Of a stretch of DNA of 64,000 bases, positions 12,901-25,501 are shown piece after piece. Position 1 is the first letter of the stretch; each line of letters opens with the position of its first letter. The position numbers were made by a program, and so were the translations under genes. The stretch lies in the NCBI GenBank assembly GCA_016748015.1, contig JAAOMT010000468.1:124001-188000 (forward strand). Reading direction: 5' to 3'. A model generated the notes under the pieces. It ran no database searches and was not told where the DNA came from. It saw nothing but the letters and a program-made list of their open reading frames with translations. The DNA is from Geosiphon pyriformis uo1 (Eukaryota; Fungi; Glomeromycota).

Positions 12901-15900
12901 AAGAACATACCTGGGAAACCACTATTGGTGCTTGGATTGACGACAACCAAAACGAGTTGTCACCTACCCTAAGTTGGGAAGAAAAAGGAAAGGGAAAGGA
13001 AAGAGAAAACAACCTACCTGAGGAAACTGAATCAACAAAAAACAACACCAGTAACTGGACAAGTTCGTACTCCATTCATGAATCACTACCACAACCACCA
13101 CACATACCACTCAAATACAAAGATTGTGGGAAGAAACTCTCTTCTATGGGAGCTTGGATTGCACCAGACAAAAATCACTGGATGCGAACCCACTATTATT
13201 GCAAGTCTTGCCACCGTGAACGGTATGACTATCCAAAAAGACAAGGCAAGTGAGACAACAAACCATGTTTTGCTTGTGGCAAACAGTTGCTTAATGAAAG
13301 AATGTAGAATGACATTCCTGGTTAAGGAGGAATGTGTAACACTTCATGCCAGTATATAATCTTCATCAATGACTGGGTGAATTGTGGTACGCCAATAACT
13401 GCCACTTGGCACTGAGCAATCTCTTGCCTGAACGGATACCCACACGACAAAGATGAGATCTGGTGGATGGCGAATGCCAAAGTAGAAGGCACCACGCCCA
13501 GCAAAATCTTGGAAATCAAGAACAATCCTCCAGAACCAGTCAACATTATCCTAGTTCTCAACCCAGATGCTTTCTTTAACATTGAGACCAACCCAAAAGA
13601 CTTCTACAAACATTATCAAAATTTAGCACCGATTAAAGAAAAACAAGAAGAGCAGTTAGCACAGCTAAACACTTGATTATGTGACCACTGTTTGATCCTA
13701 TGTGACTTTCAATATTGTAATGAGTGTGACCTTATTTACAATCCACCAATCTGCATGATCTACACAATCCCAGAGAAAGAGGAACCAATCAGCAGCTGTG
13801 CATCAGAATCAAAATCACCATTCAATCCCAATTCAAACTCTGACAATAATGATGACAAAAACACCAGTTCCAGCTCTATTCAAAATAGCAATAACAATAA
13901 CAATGATTCAAACTCAGATTCAAACTCAGATTTTAAAATATGAACAATATATTGCAATCTCTGACCTGACCAAAGAATTGGAATTAAAATGGTTTAGTGA
14001 CAATAATGAAGGTATCATGTTAGAACACATGTATAATACTGATGCTGGGTTTGATCTGAGGTATCCAGGAAAAAATGCCATCAAATTGGAACCACATTCA
14101 CACATCTGCCTTGATTTGAAAATAGCACTAGAAATTTCAGCAACAACAATGGTTCAATTAGCATCTAAGAGTAGTTTAGCGAAAAGAGAGATTAATATAA
14201 GAGAAGGAATAATTGACATGGAATATGTAGAAAATATTATTGCTATGCTACAAAATGACTCAGGAAAGGCCTATATAATAGACCCCAATGAAAAGATAGC
14301 ACAGACAATATTCCTGCCTCTGGTTAGAGTAGCTCAGTTAGTATTAGTGGGAAAGAGGGAGAAATTAGGAATAACAGTAAGAGGAATACAGGGATTCGGA
14401 TTGACAGATAGAGTAGATGTACCAATCAATATGGCAGAAAAAGAAATTGTTGACCAAGAGAAAATTATCTCAATGGGTCAAACAATTTCCATTCCACCAT
14501 ATGGCCAGTACATAATAGGGATAAAGCGGAAGGTAAAAAAACAGAATCAGATTTTTGAAACAGAACCAACCCTTTGTGAATCAGAAGAGATTGGATTCAT
14601 CAATTTCCATATACCAGCCAAAGATTACAGCCACATCAAAATTCCTATTTACAATAACACAGGAAATATTATAGTAATACCAGCCAGAACCACCATTGGA
14701 TACTTAAGCACTGAAATAGAGGATCAACCACCAAGCACCATTTCAGACTTTCTACAGCTTTGTGGATATGTTGATATTACATCACAAACAATATATGGAT
14801 GAAGCGAATGTTATTTGCTCCAATCAGAACAATTGGAACAAATGAACATGGGAAACTTAGATTCACTTCAATGTATGCAACTTAAGATGTTGCTCAACAA
14901 TTTCAATGATATCTTTGCCAGCAAAAACAAGTTTGGCCAAACTGACATCATCCAGCATTAGATCAAGACTGGAGATGCAATGCCAATTAAACAAAGAGCA
15001 TACAAAGTACCACTAGCTAGTCATGAGATTATCTGTCAAGAGATAAACTGAATGCTTGACAATGAGCTAATTCAGCCATCAATAAGTCCATGGTCATTAC
15101 CAATGGTACTCATCCAGAAAAAGAATGGAAAAATCTGCTTTTGTGTGGATTATAGAAAACTCAATATAGTAACTTATGGAGATAGCTATTCCACTCCATG
15201 GATCTAAGAATTATTTGACACTTTTAGTAGAAACAAATGGTTTTCAACATTAGATTTGGACAGTGGTTACTGGCAAGTAGCCATGGATTCAGCTGACAAA
15301 GAAAAGATGGCATTTACCACCAAAGAAGAGAATTTTGAATTTGAAGTAATGCCATTTGGCTTAACCAACACACCAGCCACTTTCTAATGGCTAATGGAAA
15401 TTGTTTATACTGGCTTATTGTGGAAATCAGTAGTTGTATACTTGGATGACACCAATATATTCTCAAAAATATTTGATGATTATCTTTATCATCTTCAACA
15501 AGTGTTCGAAAGACTAAGAAGAGCAGAACTAAAATTAAATGCAACAAAGTGTTTTTTCGGCAAGACAGAACTAAAATTCTTGAGACACATAGTCAGCAAA
15601 GACAGCATCAAAACAGATCCAGAGAAAATAAAGATAGTAAAGAACTTTCTAGTGCCAACCAATATAACAGAACTGAAATCATTCTTGGGATTCGCCAGCT
15701 ACTATCAATATTTTATCAAGAACTTTTTCAAGATAGTATAGCCACTCAACCAACTGCAAACCAAGAATACAAAATATAAATGAACAGAAAGTCAACAAAA
15801 AGCTTTTGATATTCTGAAAAAAAAGCTCATTCAAGTTCCAGTACTGATCTATCCAGATTACAGCAAACCATTCATCATTACCACCAATGCATTTGGCCAA

Positions 15901-16242
15901 GTATTGGGAGCGGTACTATTTCAGAGAGGACCAAATGACAGAGAACATCCAGTAGCATATGCCAATAGAGGTTTAACACCAGCCGAAAAGAACTATGGAA
16001 CACCAGAACAAGAACACTTAGCGATATACTGGGCAGTCATGAAATGGAAAAAATATTTGAGCCAGAAGTTTGAAGTATACACAGATCACAAAGCATTAAC
16101 ATCACTTCAAAAACAAGAATTTGAAGATAAAAAACAGTCAAGATGGAAAATGGCACTTGTACCATATAATTATATTATACATTATAAAAAGAAAAAAGAC
16201 AACAGAAATGCTGATGGTTTGTTGTGAATAAAACAAATCTAA
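9942..16242 (+). pseudogene. ORF1 of B2: Gag-PR-Cys-rich-dUTPase-pseudo-dUTPase-RT-RNase H polyprotein
   Basis: Gag, knuckle and protease are in one frame. Terminates ADGL..RQI-TAA at 16240-16242. Interrupted by nonsense transitions and a few indels. Confidence 0.82.
13980..14410 (+). pseudogene. dUTPase domain of B2
   Basis: DAGFDL, ASKSSL, EGIIDMEY, KIAQ and RGIQGFG match trimeric dUTPase motifs I-V. Confidence 0.9.
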
Positions 16243-16304
16243 GAACATTTCAACCCAAAAATATAACAAAACCAGAACAATACCAATAAAAAATATAACA
16301 AAAG

Positions 16305-17686
16305 ATAAACATACAAAAATATCAACAACTGCAACATTATATAAACACTCAACAGTTCAAGGAAAATTTATCTCAAACAGAACGAAAGAGTATCAAACAA
16401 CAATCAAAATATTTTATTACTCACTAAAATATATTTTATCAGAAAAATAGAAGAGATCTAGAACAACCAACCAGAGTAATTACAAAGCCAGAAAAAGAGA
16501 CAATATTATTCAACATGCACTCAAATCCAACAGCAGGACACTTTTACAAAGAAGCAACCATGGAAAGAACCAGAAAAAAATACTATTGACTATCAATGTA
16601 TCCAGACATCATCCAATATGTTCAAAATTGTGATGCTTGTTAGTGAAGAGAAGGTATGAAACCCAGTGAACTATTAAGATTAATCAAAGTGGGACAACTA
16701 TTGGACCATATTGGAATTAATTTAGTTGAACCATTAACAATCACCAGCGGAGGAAACAGGTACATAGTAGTAGCCATAGACTATCTCACTAAATGGCCAG
16801 AGATGAAAGCAATTCAAAGAGCAGATGCAGAATCCGTTGCCAAATTTGTTCATCAAGATTTAATTTGTCAACATAGATGTCCAAAGAAATTATTATCAGA
16901 CCAAGGAACTCATTTTATAAACAGAACATTAACAGAATTGAGCCAAAGATTCAGAATTAAGAGACCACTATCATTACCATACCATCCACAAACCAATAGA
17001 TTAGTCAAAAAATTCAACAGAACATTGTGTGAAGCAATAGCTAAGCTCAGCCAAGAAAACCAGAATGATTGGGATTTGTTGATACCATCAGTACTATTTG
17101 CTTATCAGACAATGAAGCAAGATACTACACAAGCAACACCATTTGAATTAGTATATGGTAGAACAGCAATACTACCAGTGGAAATAGAAGTCAGCACATA
17201 CCCAACTGAACCAATAACAGAAGAAAATTTCAAAAACACATTGTTGAGAAAAACATATAACTTAATGGAACATTAGAAAACAAATGACAAAGAGCAGCTG
17301 ATAACATACAAAGATCACAAGAGAAACAAAAAGAAAGACATGATAACCAACTACCAGATAAACCAGTTGAATTCAAGATTGGAGACAAAGTACTACTACA
17401 TTATACCAAAGCGGAAAAACAATGGAGTGGAAAATTTGACCCCAAATAGGACGGACCATTTCACATAGAAAAAATTCTAGGAAATGGAGCTTATAAATTA
17501 AGATTGAATAACAAAATCTTGATCAAAGCAGCATATAGAGATTGACTGAAACCATACCACTATATAGCATCATCATCCACCAATAATATTCTACAATTAG
17601 GAGTACAGAGAATACTAGTCCAACCAGATGAGATTCCACGAAATCTGGAACTAATCATTATCATTGACAACAACATGTCCAATTGA
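16305..17686 (+). pseudogene. Integrase ORF of B2 (HHCC, rve core, GPF module, no chromodomain)
   Basis: NMHS..AGHF, CDAC, IGINLV, SDQGTHF, HPQTN and DGPFHIEK..GNGAYKL. Stop TGA at 17684-17686. Confidence 0.85.
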
Positions 17687-17709
17687 TCAACAAAAAAATA
17701 TATAAGAAC

Positions 17710-18369
17710 ATGGTCGATGTAACAGAAGAAATCAGAAAAATGGAAATTACGGACAATATCCATTCACTAGCCCAACAAATTTTTTAATTAATCCAACACC
17801 AGGAGATGAAAATTACAATCAATCAACAAACTATTCGTTACAAAAATACAGCAAAGATACCACAAAACAAAGCACAAAAAAGACTCGAAAATGTTGTTGA
17901 CAAGATCATGACCAAGATAAAATTGGCCATAAAAGAACAACAAATAGTCAGATTACACCAAGAACTTACCAGAAAAACTTGAACTTGGTGGATGCAACAA
18001 TTTCTGAAAAACTATTGTCATTTCCACTTGGGACAACACGTAAATATCTAGAATTTGTACACCAACAAAACAAAATGGTTATTCGACACAACAATACTGA
18101 GACAACTGGAACAATTTGTGGGAAAGAACAATCTAATCACACAAGCTCGAGCCATTTACTGGCTATATATGGGATTTTAAGACCGACCAGAAATCTTACT
18201 TAACACAACAATAGATACAGTTACAAGTAATTAATTGGGAAAAATAACCAACACCCAATTTGAAGAACTATAAACTAAAATAACACAAATAATACTTGAA
18301 AAAAAAGTTCAAGAAATAATTCAAGAAGGGAAATTAAAGAAATTAGATTTCGATGGAGCTTAATATTAA
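17710..18369 (+). pseudogene. ORF3 of B2 (~219 aa, MVDVTEEIRKMEITDNIH...)
   Basis: ATG lies 23 nt after the IN stop. The frame runs to the PPT, and internal stops are explicable as CAA>TAA, CAG>TAG or TGG>TGA. Confidence 0.78.
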
Positions 18370-18382
18370 AAAGAGAAAATAA

Positions 18383-19272
18383 TGTTACTCATAGAATATA
18401 GGAAATATAGTATTATTAGTCAGTAGATATTAGCCAATCAGATGTAGATGTAGTAAATGTGGAATTTCAGAATTCTCCAACAAGGAATCATAGGATTCCA
18501 GAATTTCAGGATTCCTCTCATCAGAAATTGCAGAATTCCAGAAATTCTAGGATTCCTGTTACAAGGAATTGAGGAATTAAAGAATCTCAAATATGTATAT
18601 ATAGCAGTAGTATTAGAAGCAGAAAAGACAGAATTGACACCAAGAATCCTTAGCTTAGTTACCACAATCCTCAAATAAATAATTATTTCACTATATTAAA
18701 TTCATTCTTCACCATCAACACTTCATGTTGATAGTAATGGATACTTAACCATACTGGAACAATAGCTCTTGATTATGGCTATTGACAGGATACTAACTTG
18801 CAAATTGCCTTGGTTTATTTCTTATTTTCTCTTTTATCTTTTTTTATTTTCTTTGTTGTTTACTAACTTGATTAAAGGATTTACTCTTGGAGGACTCATG
18901 GAGGAATAAAACTTACTTAAAAAAAATACTTACTTTTGGAGAACTTACAGAAGAATAAACTTGCTTAAACAATACTTACTCTTGGAAGACTTATGGAGGA
19001 ACTGACGTTAGGAAACAGCACTGGTATATACTTACAAAGAATATCATACTAGGAGAATCATCAACCATCAAGCTGAGCAAGCAATTAACAAAACTACGGA
19101 TTCAAGAAACTACTGATAAACTGTTACCATTGAATCTCTGTCCATTATACAAAGAATTCAATTGGAAAACCTTTAGATAAAATACCTTCAAATTATCATC
19201 ATCACCAATCGCTTTGTGCACCAAGTTATGGATTTGTTATTCATTCAACACCCCAAAGATTCACCTGTAACA
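18383..19272 (+). repeat. 3' LTR of B2
   Basis: TGTTAC...GTAACA after PPT aaaaagagaaaa. Right flank is ATGT. Confidence 0.95.
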
Positions 19273-20623
19273 ATGTTTATTATATTAATAGTACTTCTGA
19301 ATGTGTGGTAATATGATGGATTAGCAAGTGAGTTAAATTTTTGTTTTTTTCAAGTGGGTAGTTGAAATGTTTTTGGTGTTTCTACTAATGTTTGTAGCCT
19401 TTTTTTTCTTTTGTCAGCAAACATGATGGAAAATTTCTGCTTGGTGTATTTTTCAATTTCCCTGTTTATTTTTATAATTAGAGATGCAAATAAGTAGTTT
19501 TGTGGAAAGATAGTGCTTTGAAGTAGTTCATTGAAAAAATTGTTGAAGACAGATTCTGGATCTTCTTGGCCTTTCAAATAATATACTATTCTCTCATTAA
19601 TGTAATAGTTGAAAGCTGATTCTGTTGGCCAACTATTATTTGTTAATCCAAGATGAGTGTAATAATGTTGGAATAAGGATTTTGCAAATCTCAAATGGTT
19701 TGTTCCTGTTTCTTTGGATTTTGCCACTGTTTTAGATAATTGTTTGTTGGTATCAGTTCTCTGTTAAATTATATTTCACAGAGAGCACCAAATGTTATAG
19801 GTAATTATTTGGGGGTCTCAAAACAAATAACAAACCTGTAACTTGGTGCTCAATTGATATAATAATGTTGGCTTCTGAAAGTTGACTGTATCTGAAAATT
19901 TTGGTAAAGTCTTTTGTATAATAAACGGAGATTTCAATGTGATTTTTTTTAAATAGTGCTTCTAGTGTTGACCCATGGATTAAGTAGTTGTTGTCTGTTA
20001 CTTTCCAGAATTGCAATTTCATCAATTTTTTTCTTGGTGTGGTGGTTGGCAATTTCCTAATAAGCTATCCTTAAATCTGAGTGTCTACTTTTATTTCTGG
20101 GTCTTTTACCAGTACTATATTCTGACATCAATAACTTAGCACTTTAATTCTTTAATCAATTAGTACATAACAAGAAATAACAAAATAAAAAAAATAAAAA
20201 AATAAGCCAAGACAATGAATATTAGTATTCTGTCAATAGTCATAATCAAAAGCTATTGTTTTAGTGTGATTAAGTATCAATTACTATCAACATAAAATGT
20301 TAATAATGGTAAGTGTATTTGAGATATTAAATAATTATTTATTAATATTTGTAATGTGGAAGGTTGCTTAGATCAAATCTAAACTTAGAAGTCTGTCTTT
20401 TCTGCTTCTAATACTACTGCTATATATATTTAATTTATGTTCTACAAGATTACTTACATTCTCAAATGATGTGCTATAATTTCTTAAGCAATGCTTACAT
20501 TACTAAACAAAATGCCCTAATTTTCTAACATTGCTTCATATTGCTAAGTAATATGTTTACATGCTAACTATTACTTCTTTAATGGTCTATTATTTTCTAT
20601 ATCTGTTTTCTTTATAAGTAACA
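19273..20623 (-). mobile_element. Ty3/gypsy element C (family-2 relative): 5' LTR 19793-20623, PBS and gag N-terminus, interrupted by B
   Basis: Inverted TGTTAC/GTAACA-type ends. PBS TGGTGCTCTCTGTG on the minus strand. ORF 19350-19727 is homologous to 9972-10349. Confidence 0.9.
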
Positions 20624-23600
20624 ATAATTACTAGCAAGTAATTATGAATTCAAATAACAAAAAAAAGACCATATTTACTATTAGAAAAAGAAATTTTGAA
20701 TTTGATGTTATGCCATTCAGCTTAATTAATGCTCCAATTACTTTTTAATGACTTATGAAAATTGTTTATACTGGACTACTATAGAAATCAGTAATAGTTT
20801 ACTTAAACAACACTAATATGTTTTCTAAAATATTTGATAACCATTTTTATTATCTCCAATAGATGTTTAAAAAGTTAAAAAGAGCCAGACTAAAGTTGAA
20901 TGCTACTAAATATTTTTTTGAAAAAAATAAACTCAAGTTTCTGGAACATGTTGTAAGCAAAGACAACATAAAAACAGATCCAGACAAGATTGAAATAGTC
21001 AAAAACTTTTTAATATTAATAAATCTTATAAAATTAAAAGTATTCTTAAGATTTGCTAAATACTATTACTATTTTATTCAAAACTTCTTCAAACTGGCTC
21101 AACTATTTTACTAGCTCTAAGAAAAGAATGTTAAATATAATAGACTAAAACCCAATAAAAAGCTTTTGACATTTTAAGAAAAAAGCTTATTCAAGCTCTA
21201 GTATTGATTTATTCAGATTATAGCAAGTCATTTATTATTATTATTGATACATTTGGTTAAGCTTTGAGAGCTATATTATTACAAAAAAAAACAGATAAAT
21301 AAAAATATCTAGTAATATATGCCAGCCAAAGTTTAAGTTCAGCTAAAAAGAATTATAAAACTCCAGTATTAAAATACTTAGCTATTTATTGGGCTATCAT
21401 TAAATAGAAAAAATACTTAAAACAAAAGTTTAATATATATATTGATCACAAAAGATTGATATCAATTCAGAAACAAAAATTTAAAGACAATTACTATGCA
21501 AAATAAAAAATAGAATTATTACTATTTAATTATACTATATATTATAAAAAGAAAAAAAAATAGAAATATCAATAATTTGTTATAAATAAAACAAATTTAA
21601 ATATTTCAATTCAAAATATAACAAAAAATAAACACACAAAAATATTAACAACTCTAATATTGTATTAATACTCAACAGTTTAAGGAGAAATTATCTTAAA
21701 AAGAACAAAATAACATAAAACAACAATCAAAATACTTTATTATTTACCAAAATATACTATATTAGAAAAACAGAAAAAATTCAGATTGGTCATTTAGAGT
21801 AATCACGGAACCAGAAAAAGAAACAATACTGTTCAACATGCTTTTAGATCCAACAGCAAAACATTTTCATAAAAAAACAACTATAAAAAGAACCAAAAAA
21901 AAATATTATTGGTCATTAATATATCCAAACATTATTTAATATGTTTAAAATTGTAATATTTGTTAGAGAAAAAAAGAAATAAGATTCAGTAAACTGTTAA
22001 AACCAATCAAAGTAAAACAACCATTTGATTAAATTGAAATTGACTTAGTTAAATCATTAACTATTATTAGCAGAGGCAATTGATATATAGCAATAGCCAT
22101 AAACTATCTCACAAAATAGCCAGAAGTAAAAACAATTCAAAAAGCAGATGCAAAATCTATAGTTAAATTTGTTTACCAAGATTTGATTTATTAATATAGA
22201 TGTCTAAAAAAATTATTATTAAATCAAAAAACTCGCTTTGTGAATAGAACATTAACAAAATAAAGTCAAAGATTTGAAATTAAAAGACCATTATTATCAT
22301 CATATTATCTACAAACAAATAACTTAATCAAAAGATTTAACAGAATATTGTGTAAAGTGATAGTCAAGATTAGCCAAAAAAACCAGAATAAATGAGATTT
22401 GTTTATATTATTAGTACTATTTGCTTATTAGACAATAAAGCAAGATACCATATAAGCAATATTATTTGAATTTGTTTATAGTAAAACAGCAATATTACCA
22501 GTTGAGCTAGATATTAATACATATTTAATAAAACCAATAACAGAAGCCAACTTTTAAAGAATATTACTAAAAAGAAAATACAATTTAATAATGTTACCAG
22601 TAGAATTTTAGCTATTAAGTAGCATGAAATTATTCTTATAATTCTTATTATTAATTAGCATATATTATTATAATTTTAATTATCACTTATTATTTAACCA
22701 AATTATCAAATATCATCATTCAATTAATAATCCGATTTGTATCATAGAAATTAAGATGATCAAATTACACAATATTCTGAACCATTTAATATAGTCAAAA
22801 TTCGCCGAAATTAATGAAAATTGGCCGAAATAATCAATAGTTTGTAGAAATAACTTGTAGTTCACCAAAATATATCTTTAATTTGCCGAAATTAGAGCAA
22901 AGAGAAAAGTGCAAGTTCAAAGACTAGTACTACAACAAGTTGTATAAAAGAAGAGCTTTTCTCGTCAAGAAAATATATCTTCTCATAATATATTATCATA
23001 GTATCTTACCTTAGATATCTTAATTAAAACAAATTATCTTTTACATATCTTAAATAAAAATTAAATATTCAAAAACCAAATCTTTTAATTATTATACTTG
23101 AAATTCTCTCAACACAATTAACATTTTGAAATTGATTAGCTACCAATTTCAGTAATCTGTTAATGACTTCAGGCTTGGATAGAAAACGTTTCTCTTGTTA
23201 GAATTCTATTTTTTTACATTTTTTTTATTTTTCTTTTATTTTTTCTTATCATAATTATTAGGGTAGCTTACAGACAAGATTCCTGTAAAAAAGTTGACTT
23301 TTACAGCAAAATAACTACACATTTTTAGTGAGCTTCCAGACAAGCAATTCCTGGAAAAAAGTTGATGTTTACTACAATATAACTACATAAAGTAACTGGC
23401 AAAAAATTGGCCATTCCACTTATAAGCCCAGCAGTTTAAATTATAGGAGATAATTTGAAGATAAATTCAGTTATTGGAGATTCAACTACTTCTAAAAAAC
23501 ATGAATTCACAACAAACAAACATTAACAACATTTAAAAAAAGAGACCAAAAATCTCTAGTAACAATAGAAACTTTAGAAAACAAAAGGCAAAAAGCAGCT

Positions 23601-25501
23601 AATAATATATAAAAGTTATAAGCAAAACAAAAAAAACAACATAATAACCAGTTATTAGATAAACTAATTGAATTTAAGATTGGAGACAAAGTATTTTTAT
23701 ATTATACCAAAGTAGAAAAACAATAAAGTGGAAAATTTGATTTTAAATAAAACAAATTATTTCATATTGAAAAAATTTTAGGAAATAAAGCTTATAAATT
23801 ATAATGGAACAACAAAATTTTAACTAAAACAACACATAGAGATCAACTTAAATCATATTACAATATAGCATTATTATTTACCAGTAATATTTTATAACTA
23901 AAAGTACAACAAATACTAATTAATTCAGATAAAATTCTATAAAATCTAGAACCAATTATAATTATTAATACCAACATGTCAAATTAATCTATAAAAACAG
24001 TATATAAAAAATTAATATACATAACAAAGCAAATAGAAAAATAAAAATTACTGATAAAATTTATTTACTAGTGTAACAACTATTTCAACTAATCAAACAT
24101 TAAAAACTAAACATAAAAATCACAATTAATTAACAAACCATTTAATATACAAAAAAAAAAAAATTTTTAATACAAAATACAATATAGAATATATATAAAA
24201 TATAAAAATATAATAGAAGATATAATAACAAAAGTAAAAATATTTATAGAAATACCAAAGACAATAGTATTATACAAAGAATTAACAGAAAAAAATTGGA
24301 AATAGTAGACACAACAATTTCCAAAAAACTTTTGCTATTATTACTTGGAACAAAAACTCAATATTCAGAACTTATATACAGATAAAACAAAATAAATATT
24401 TAATATAACAATATTACAACAACTTAAACAATTTATAAAAAAAACAATCTATTTATACAGACATAAGCAATATACTAATTATAAACAGAATTTTAAGACT
24501 GTCCAGAAATACTGTTATATTTAACAATGAACATAGTAATCATTAACCAATTAGAAAAAATTACTAATATCTAATTTAAAAAATTACAAACCAATATTGT
24601 CTAAGAGATTTAGAAAATTTTGATAGAGCTTAATATTAAAAAAAAATAATATTATTACTTATAAAAATTAGGAATTATAATAATAAGTAAAATAACCAAT
24701 TAGAAATAGGTATAATAAAATAAAGAATTTCAGAATTTTTTTCAGAAAATTGCAAAATTCCAGAATTTTAGGATTTTTCTTGAAGAATTGCAGAATTTCT
24801 AAAAATCACATATAATACAAATTATGTATATATAGTAAGAGTATTAGAAACAGAAAAGTATTCGAAATTCAATTCAGATAGAACAGTAATTAGCAATAAC
24901 TATTTATCTTTATCATTTCTTTTAAAAAATAGTTTTCTATAACTTGAAGTAAAAATCTATCAATATCAATAAAAATATTTAATTATTATCTAATTCATAT
25001 TATTGTTACTTAATTAAAAATATTAATCATTTTTCTATTATTAACACTTCATGTTAATAGAATTCAATACTTAATTATATTAAACCAATAGCTTTTAATT
25101 ACAGCTATTAATAGGATACTAATTTTTTATTTTTATTTTTTATTTTTTTTATTTTTTTTTATTTTTTTTTATTTTGTTTCTTTGTTGTTTACTAATTAAT
25201 TAAAAAAATTAAGTATTAAGTATTTAACATCAAAAATAATCTGATAAAAGATCTAAAAACAAAGGTAAAAATTTAAGGATAGCTTATCAGAAGAGCATAA
25301 CTGTTAGAATAAACTAGTCACTACATTAAAGAAAAAAATTTATAAAAGAAATCATTAATTAAATCTCTGTTTATTATACAAAAAACTTAACCAAAACTTT
25401 CAAATTTCAAAACCTTTAAAAATTACCAATATTACCAAATATTGAGCACCAAGTTACAAATTTATTATTTGTATTAACATCTTAAATAATTATCTATAAT
25501 A
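20624..25501 (+). mobile_element. Old, heavily mutated Ty3/gypsy element D (RT end, RH, IN, ORF3, 3' LTR 24653-25501)
   Basis: Colinear with B but strongly A/T-shifted. Resumes mid-RT (GYWQV relic) right after the LTR of C. LTR ends have decayed to TATTAC...ATAATA. Confidence 0.85.
22592..23564 (+). mobile_element. Solo LTR (family 1) inserted in the integrase of D
   Basis: TGTTACCAG...AGTAACA. Host IN continues across it. Flanks ATAA/ATAG fit a decayed 4-bp TSD (ATGG in sister copies). Confidence 0.93.

Larger units (their letters stand above)
9021..19272 (+). mobile_element. Full-length Ty3/gypsy element B2 (~10.2 kb), mutated
   Basis: LTR-PBS-gag (capsid-like ~10960-11480; knuckle CHNCGKQGHIRTNC at 11697)-PR (LILDSGS ~12411)-Cys-rich domain-dUTPase-RT-RH-IN-ORF3-PPT-LTR. 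Confidence 0.95.

Noticed and set aside
17710-18369. ORF3 as a retroviral-type env gene
   Set aside because: Too short, with no visible signal peptide, furin site or transmembrane segment.
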